Assembly (NCBI GenBank): GCA_024679065.1
Contig: JAGIQG010000009.1
Location: 91,326,001-91,390,000, forward strand
Length of the DNA: 64,000 bases
Reading direction: 5' to 3'
Source: Sphyrna mokarran
Lineage: Eukaryota
The translations under genes and the position numbers were made by a program. Below the pieces are notes generated by a model. It was not told where the DNA came from. It saw only the letters and a list, made by a program, of their open reading frames with translations, and made no database searches. The stretch's first letter is position 1. Every line of letters starts with the position of its first letter. Of this stretch, positions 62,555 to 64,000 are shown in pieces.

Positions 62555-63105
62555 AACATAAAATATAAAAGCAGGATTAAACCAAACGGCTGGTTGAGCC
62601 TGCTCCAGCATTCAATACAATCATGGGTGAACTAGGGCTTTAACACAAGTTTCACAACTGCTCCCTGAATCCCTCAATTCCTAAGACTCCAAAGATCTGT
62701 TTATCTCAGTCTTAAATGCTTGCAACAGTGGAGGATCCACAACTCCATGGGTGGAGAATTCCAAAGATTCACAACACTTTGAGTGAAGAAATTTCTCCAC
62801 ATCTCAGTCTTAAGTGATCGATCCCTTACCCTGAGACTGTCCCTCTGTGTTTTAGACTCCTCACATTGTCTGTGTTTTAGACGGCGGAAACCATCTCTCG
62901 GTGTCTACCCCGTTAATATCCTTCAGAATTGTGTAGATGTTATTGAGATCCCCTCTCATTCTCCTAAACTCCAGAGAATGCAGGCCCTGTTTTTTTCAGT
63001 CGCTCAACTTAGGGTCCAATTTAGTAAATCTTCACTATGTCGCCTCTAATGCAAGTCGAGCTTTTCTTAAATATGAAGGCCAAAATTGCACACAATAACC
63101 CAGAC
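62555..63105 (-). mobile_element. Old CR1 3' relic
   Basis: Reverse-strand RGHSLRV.G...EMWRNFFTQSVVNLWNS and CR1 tail. Confidence 0.75.
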
Positions 63106-64000
63106 AAAGGATGAGACGGTAAATCATATGAGAGCTGAGAAATCAGGATCACGCCCAATTTCTTGGTTCCTGCAATCTTAGAAGAACTGGATTTCTGGTG
63201 AGGTTAGCCTCTCACCAGAAATGGGCGAGAGGCTAAATAACGTAAATATATTTTAATTTTGCTCTGTATGTGGTTAGCGAGCCTAGCGCTGAATCATCCA
63301 GGTCACTTTTCTTTATGGTCTTGCCAGGAGAGTTCTGTCCGCCAAGGAAAACATCTGCTCCCCATGAATGAGTAACAGCCGTGTTGGTCCCACTGGTTGA
63401 ACCAGAGTCTATTCAGGCTCCCCTGGGGGTGCCGAGCGCAAAGGGGGATGGCTTCTGGGCAATGTCAGCCTGGCATCTCGATAATGGCCACTTGGCAGTG
63501 CCAGAGATAGACCCTATGTGGAAGGAGGCTTATGGGGATGGGGGCCTATGGGAGCAGGGCCTGAAGAGGCCCTGTAGTGTGTTTCACAGCATCAGGAGAG
63601 GGAGAGGGTCCCGTTGCCACTCTGCAGCTGCAATATAAAGAGGGAGGTGAGGGGGTCCCGCCGCCATGCTATAGGTAATCAATGTGGCGGGGGAGAAGGG
63701 CCAACTGCCTCTCTGCAGCTCTGATTGGTTGGGGACACATTCACTGTGGTTGGTGGGGGGGTGGAGGCAGCAGGGGCTGATTTTCTGGGTGATGTGGGGC
63801 TCATAAAGGCCACGGAGCCTGTGATTGCAGTAGGGGGAGAGAGTTTGTGGAGGCTATGTATAACAGTAGAGGCAGGTCTCTCTGTCTGTCAGACTTCTGC
63901 AGTTCCTACAGTGCATGTATAGAATAACAGGTCTACGCATGCGTGGTAGCTCTCTCTGCTGTTGCGCAGTAGCCCTCTTGGCTATTGCCGTTCTACAGGC

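Overview
Vertebrate genomic DNA, very probably a shark or other elasmobranch (inferred from HE1/V-SINEs, CR1 dominance and the class I sequence type). The window is repeat-dense and holds part of a tandem cluster of divergent, non-classical MHC class I heavy-chain genes. Gene B (minus strand, alpha1 62261-62001 to last coding exon 44443-44339) is open in all six exons found; its leader exon was not found. Gene A (minus, 20670-5103) is a pseudogene with a +2 frameshift in alpha1 and a CGA>TGA stop in alpha3. A third, decayed 3' half-copy (C) lies inverted inside intron 2 of gene B. Both alpha2 domains lack the canonical Cys101-Cys164 pair. Other content: many young CR1 LINEs whose long 3'UTR appears to be a captured HE1-like V-SINE preceded by a splice-acceptor-like motif; a decayed gag-pro-pol-env endogenous retrovirus with foamy/loki-like RT motifs; Penelope fragments with hammerhead-like cores; a tRNA-Cys-like gene abutting a CR1; a U2 snRNA 5' fragment; a ZNF143-motif promoter; several minisatellites; and one assembly gap. 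All alignments were made by eye.
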